A stretch of DNA of 20,432 nt from Nitrospinota bacterium (GTDB lineage: Bacteria > Nitrospinota > Nitrospinia > Nitrospinales > VA-1): positions 12,305 to 32,736 of the forward strand of contig JAYNIA010000028.1 in the NCBI GenBank assembly GCA_038108555.1. Reading direction: 5' to 3'. Both the position numbers and the translations under genes were made by a program. Shown one piece after another: positions 16,708 to 20,432 of this stretch. The notes beneath the pieces were generated by a model. It searched no databases and was not told where the DNA came from. It saw only the letters and a list, made by a program, of their open reading frames with translations. Each line of letters starts with the position of its first letter. Position 1 is the first letter of the stretch.

Positions 16708-17235
16708 ATGCCAACACAAAAGTTTTCTTCGGGGGGACGACTGCCTGAACTCTCTCTTCCGGTGGTTGGAGGAGGTGAAGTTATTTTAGGAAACCCGGAA
16801 AAGAAAGATAACTGGAAGTTGGTTTTTGTCTATCGAGGCTTCCATTGCCCGGTTTGCAAGGAATACTTAGCGCGACTGGAAAGTTTAAAAGAAAAATTTT
16901 TAGAGGTAGGAGCTGAAATTATAGCTGTTTCCGGTGATCCGGAACACAAAGCAAATAAAATGGTGGAGTTTGCCAAACTAACGTTCCCGGTGGCTTATGA
17001 CTTATCTATTTAGCAGATGCAGGAATTGGGACTCTATGTTTCCCATCCGCGTTCTCCCGAGGAAACGGATCGACCTTTCTCGGAACCGGGCATGTTTGCG
17101 GTAAATACGGATGGAAAGGTTCAGTTGATAGATATCTCAAACACCCCTTTCAACAGGGCGGAACTCGGTGAGTTGGTAGAGACTGTGGAATGGATTCGGG
17201 AAAACGACTATCCTATCCGAGGTACCTTTGAATAA
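16708..17235 (+). pseudogene. AhpC/TSA (redoxin) family protein interrupted by an in-frame TAG at 17011-17013
   Basis: ORFs 16708-17013 and 17017-17235 share one frame: YRGFHCPVC...[15 protein letters not shown]...[10 protein letters not shown]...YPIRGT, which forms one continuous thioredoxin-fold protein. Confidence 0.85.
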
Positions 17236-17331
17236 AACTGAATAGGAATCAAACCATTAATTGAGAGGAAGGGAGACAGGGTACTTTTTCTCGATTGCGG
17301 GTATTGTCCTATTACCAGCGGCGGTTCGCCG

Positions 17332-18090
17332 CTAGGGCATGATGGCACCGTTGTTGATGTCGATCGTTTGGCCCGTTAGAGAAGTTTGTTGTTCTGAAAA
17401 CAAGTAACCTACAAACTGCGCGATTTCTTCCGGTTCCGACATTTTTCCAAGAGGAACCTGTTTCATGGCTTCCTGATACGCTTCTTCTTTTGTAATATTT
17501 AAAGCTTCAGCAAACCCATCAATTCCCTCCTGAGCCATATCGGTATTGACCCACCCGGGACAAAGGGCGTTGACCAGAATTTTATCGCCGCTATGTTCTG
17601 CTGCAAGGGAGCGGGTGAGTCCCAGCAATCCTGCTTTGGAGGCACAATAGGCCGAATAGCCAGGGACACCTAATCTTGCAAGGATGGAAGATAGGATCAC
17701 TATTTTTTTAAAAGGGGCCGCATCTTTTTTCAAATAGGGCAGGCATTCCTGCACCGTTTGATAGGTCCCGGTTAGATTTGTATCTATTATCTCGCGCCAG
17801 CGATCATTTTCTCCGTAAGTGTTTTCTCCGCCGATTCCTGCATTGGCCACCAGTCCATAAAGTGATTCTGTATTATTATCTTCCAGTACAGATTCCACAG
17901 CCCCGATTTTTCTAATATCACAGGAGTGAATGGAATGATTCTCCGGGTTTTTTAATTGGGATTTTGTTTTTTCCAGGGTTTCCAGGTTGCGACCACAGAG
18001 TATTAAAGAGAATCCCTGTTCGGCCAGAGTGATTGCAATGGATAGACCAATCCCTGTTCCTGCTCCTGTGATTAAAACCCGTTTTGACAT
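17332..18090 (-). CDS. SDR-family NAD(P)-dependent oxidoreductase
   Basis: Motifs TGAGTGIG, ANAG, YCASK and VNALCPGWVNT. Confidence 0.94.
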   Translation of the reverse strand: MSKRVLITGAGTGIGLSIAITLAEQGFSLILCGRNLETLEKTKSQLKNPENHSIHSCDIRKIGAVESVLEDNNTESLYGLVANAGIGGENTYGENDRWREIIDTNLTGTYQTVQECLPYLKKDAAPFKKIVILSSILARLGVPGYSAYCASKAGLLGLTRSLAAEHSGDKILVNALCPGWVNTDMAQEGIDGFAEALNITKEEAYQEAMKQVPLGKMSEPEEIAQFVGYLFSEQQTSLTGQTIDINNGAIMP

Positions 18091-18102
18091 AATGGGATTT
18101 TC

Positions 18103-18987
18103 CTATTTAGTTCTTCCTGAGGGTTGATTTTGCAAGGGGTTCAATAAAATTTTTACATATTCCCCGAGCGTTTCCGCTTTTTTATTTTCGCTGGAACTTT
18201 TGTAAACCTGGATAAGATTGTTAAGCATACGAATTATTGTTTCCCGTTGTGTGGACTGGGATAAATAATGTTCCTCAAAAGGATGGCCGAATTGTTCAAC
18301 AATTTGTCGGCATTCGTCCGGGGTCAGCAATCGGCCCTTATGAAAGGGGTCGAAATAGATAGGTTCTACAGGCAGGCTGTACTTCACAATATAGTGTCCC
18401 GGCAATCCCACTCCTACAATGGGAAGGTTTAAACGTTTTGCAAGCAACACGCATAAAGCTGAAAGGGTAATCGGAAGACCGGTTAAGTTTTCCAATACTT
18501 TATTGATAAAACTGTTATCGGGATTATGGTAGTTATTTTTATTTCCCTGGAAGCCCATTTCTTCAAAAAGGAAATGGGAAAAAGTTTCGACAATCTTTTT
18601 GGGTTCTGAATTAAAATCTAAAACTTGGCCAAGTTGACTAGCCAAGTCATCCAGCTTTTGCCGACACTCATCCGGTGAGGAATCGGGATAACCAAACTCC
18701 ATGATGAGCATCATTCCGGCTTCAAGGTCTACGTCCCGACCCAGGCCTTTTTTTGCAAGTTGTCTGAATTTTTCAGCAAGCTTATGGGGGAGGATACTTT
18801 GAATCACCCATTGGGCCTGAATTCTCAACGATTCATCGTCGCCTCGGGTTGCCATTTCAAGAAAGGGCAGGGCATCTTCACCCAGTTCGACCAGTTGCTC
18901 ACGAACCTTGTTTCTGACAAACTCATCGCGATCGGTTAAAAGTTTGATCAGGGAGGAAATCTGGCCTAGGGCTTTGTTTTTTTCCAT
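18103..18987 (-). CDS. SirB1-like (transglutaminase-like) protein with a HEAT-like N-terminus
   Basis: Segments GFQGNKNNYHNPDNSFINKVL, GLPITLS, GVGLPGHY, YFDPF and IIRMLNNL. Confidence 0.85.
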   Translation of the reverse strand: MEKNKALGQISSLIKLLTDRDEFVRNKVREQLVELGEDALPFLEMATRGDDESLRIQAQWVIQSILPHKLAEKFRQLAKKGLGRDVDLEAGMMLIMEFGYPDSSPDECRQKLDDLASQLGQVLDFNSEPKKIVETFSHFLFEEMGFQGNKNNYHNPDNSFINKVLENLTGLPITLSALCVLLAKRLNLPIVGVGLPGHYIVKYSLPVEPIYFDPFHKGRLLTPDECRQIVEQFGHPFEEHYLSQSTQRETIIRMLNNLIQVYKSSSENKKAETLGEYVKILLNPLQNQPSGRTK

Positions 18988-18993
18988 TTTTTA

Positions 18994-19044
18994 AACAAAA
19001 ATAAAGCCTGCAACAGGCGGTTTGCAACCGCCCGCACAGGCTTT
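18994..19044 (-). terminator. Rho-independent terminator after the peroxiredoxin
   Basis: Minus strand AAAGCCTG-TGC-GGGCGGTT-GCA-AACCGCCT-GTTG-CAGGCTTT followed by ATTTTTGTTT. Confidence 0.7.
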
Positions 19045-19052
19045 GAGTAAAA

Positions 19053-19688
19053 TTATAAGTCCGGCTGAGGTGTGGTGCGCAGATAAGGTTTGATGACCTT
19101 ATGTCCTTTAGGAAATTTAGCCGGAATATCTTCAGTTTTGATCGCCGGGACCACCACGCAGTCTTCGCCATGTTTCCAGTCCACCGGGGTCGCTACCTGG
19201 TAGTTGGCGGTGAGTTGGAGAGAGTCGATCACGCGCAGGATCTCATCAAAATTTCTTCCCGTGGAAGCAGGATACGTGAGGGTGAGTTTTACCGTTTTAT
19301 CCGGACCAATGATGAACACCGAGCGAACCGTCAGGTTGTTTAATGCATTGGGGTGGATCATGTCATACATTTCCGCAATTTTTTTGTCAGGGTCCGCAAT
19401 GATGGGATAGTTGACGGAGCAACTTTGGGTTTCATTGATATCATTGATCCAGCCTTTATGGTCGTCAACGGGATCTACGCTCAATGCAAGAACTTTTACA
19501 TTGCGTTTGTCAAACTCACTTTTCAAGTTTGCAACACGGCCCAGTTCGGTGGTACAGACCGGGGTGTAGTCTTTGGGATGAGAAAATAAAATTCCCCATG
19601 AGTCTCCAAGGAACTTATGGAACTCAATGGTACCTTCTGTAGTTTCTGCCGTAAAGTCCGGCGCGGTGTCTCCTAATCTGATTGCCAT
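19053..19688 (-). CDS. 1-Cys peroxiredoxin (Prx6 family)
   Basis: Motifs FSHPKDYTPVCTTELG, YPASTGRNFDEILR and ATPVDW. Confidence 0.96.
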   Translation of the reverse strand: MAIRLGDTAPDFTAETTEGTIEFHKFLGDSWGILFSHPKDYTPVCTTELGRVANLKSEFDKRNVKVLALSVDPVDDHKGWINDINETQSCSVNYPIIADPDKKIAEMYDMIHPNALNNLTVRSVFIIGPDKTVKLTLTYPASTGRNFDEILRVIDSLQLTANYQVATPVDWKHGEDCVVVPAIKTEDIPAKFPKGHKVIKPYLRTTPQPDL

Positions 19689-19960
19689 GATTTATTTGCC
19701 TCTTTAAAAGTTATAAATTGGAAAAAATTTTCCTAAGTTTCATTGATTACCCGTAGTTTACAAAGGTACGGGCTTAATAATAAGAAATTTTAAAGGGATG
19801 ATCGGTATTCGGTTAAAATTATACCATACCGGGAATTTTGGGAGAATATCCCATAAATCAGCCCAAATTGCGTTTTTTAAGGCCCCATATAATAATGTAG
19901 CTATTTAGATGTTTTAATGAAAATAAAGTTTTAAAAAATGTGAGTTGAGGGAATAATTGC

Positions 19961-20287
19961 ATGACCAGCAACAACTTACAACAAACTAGGGAATTGCTCC
20001 TCAAGGTATGGACAATCCTGTTGATGGGATTGTATGGAGTCGGATTCCAGCAAGAAAAAATGTTGGCCTTGCAGGGACAGGAACCGAAGGCCGATATTTT
20101 GCCAGATGTAGCAAAGTTGCTTTTTTTCGCATTGATGTTTGTTGCATTTTTAATGGATATAGTGGAAATGCGCGAAGACAGGGATAAAGCCTTCCGGTTT
20201 CTGGTTTTGTCTCTGGTTCTGGGAGGAATTTCCGCCACCATCAGTGCTCTGCAATACCATGCCTGGTCATGGCTGTTTGCAGGGTGA
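19961..20287 (+). CDS. Hypothetical membrane protein (about 3 hydrophobic segments)
   Basis: 108-aa ORF with a GAGGG RBS and three hydrophobic stretches. Confidence 0.7.
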   Translation: MTSNNLQQTRELLLKVWTILLMGLYGVGFQQEKMLALQGQEPKADILPDVAKLLFFALMFVAFLMDIVEMREDRDKAFRFLVLSLVLGGISATISALQYHAWSWLFAG

Positions 20288-20294
20288 TGCTATC

Positions 20295-20323
20295 TTGCAG
20301 CTATGGAAGGGATTAAGTAGAAT
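20295..20323 (+). promoter_or_regulatory. Putative sigma-70 promoter for the tRNA
   Basis: TTGCAG-N17-TAGAAT, 33 bp upstream of the tRNA. Confidence 0.6.
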
Positions 20324-20356
20324 AAAATTATATATCAAAAATTCAAAACCTAATGT

Positions 20357-20432
<76 letters not shown>

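Noticed and set aside
17011..17013. Selenocysteine or genome-wide TAG recoding in the redoxin
   Set aside because: The codon is TAG, not TGA, and lies far from the intact CxxC. TAG serves as a normal stop for the SDR and SirB1-like genes in this window.
17317..17333. Hairpin AGCGGCG-GTT-CGCCGCT between convergent genes as a terminator
   Set aside because: It overlaps the SDR stop codon and has no U-tract on either strand, so support is insufficient.
19750..19831. Short inverted repeats (CCCGTA...TACGGG; CGGTAT...ATACCG) upstream of the peroxiredoxin
   Set aside because: Arms of 6 bp can arise by chance, and I recognised no second copy or known operator match.
19858..20241. 127-aa minus-strand ORF
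   Set aside because: It overlaps the more plausible plus-strand membrane protein antisense and extends into AT-rich intergenic DNA.

Overview
A ~20 kb bacterial chromosomal segment. It resembles deltaproteobacteria- or Nitrospinota-like gene sets, but taxonomy cannot be fixed from this window. From left to right it holds: (1) a minus-strand tandem array of four flagellin paralogues (one partial at the window edge, one divergent, one atypical protein lacking both D0 termini, one canonical), with two clear sigma-28 promoters, ~175-nt leaders rich in GGA-loop hairpins, and an adjacent SpsF-type cytidylyltransferase; (2) housekeeping genes: S66 LD-carboxypeptidase, hisF, hisA, rmlC and two hypotheticals, one probably sigma-28-driven; (3) a MarR regulator plus a QueG/reductive-dehalogenase-like Fe-S protein fused to an SCP2 domain, each preceded by a matching 20-bp palindrome; (4) a PAS/sigma-54 activator divergent from a sigma-54 promoter that drives a long redox/hydrolase operon (cysteine hydrolase, DsrE-like, PNPOx-like, AzoR, DUF1348-like, redoxin) containing three separately broken genes; (5) an SDR, a SirB1-like protein, a 1-Cys peroxiredoxin, a small membrane protein, and tRNA-Lys(CUU) ending exactly at the window edge. 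No CRISPR array, transposase or integrase was seen. The best candidates for undescribed biology are the D0-less flagellin with CsrA-type leaders, the MarR-controlled Fe-S/SCP2 enzyme, and the sigma-54 operon. All family assignments come from motif recognition by eye, not database searches.
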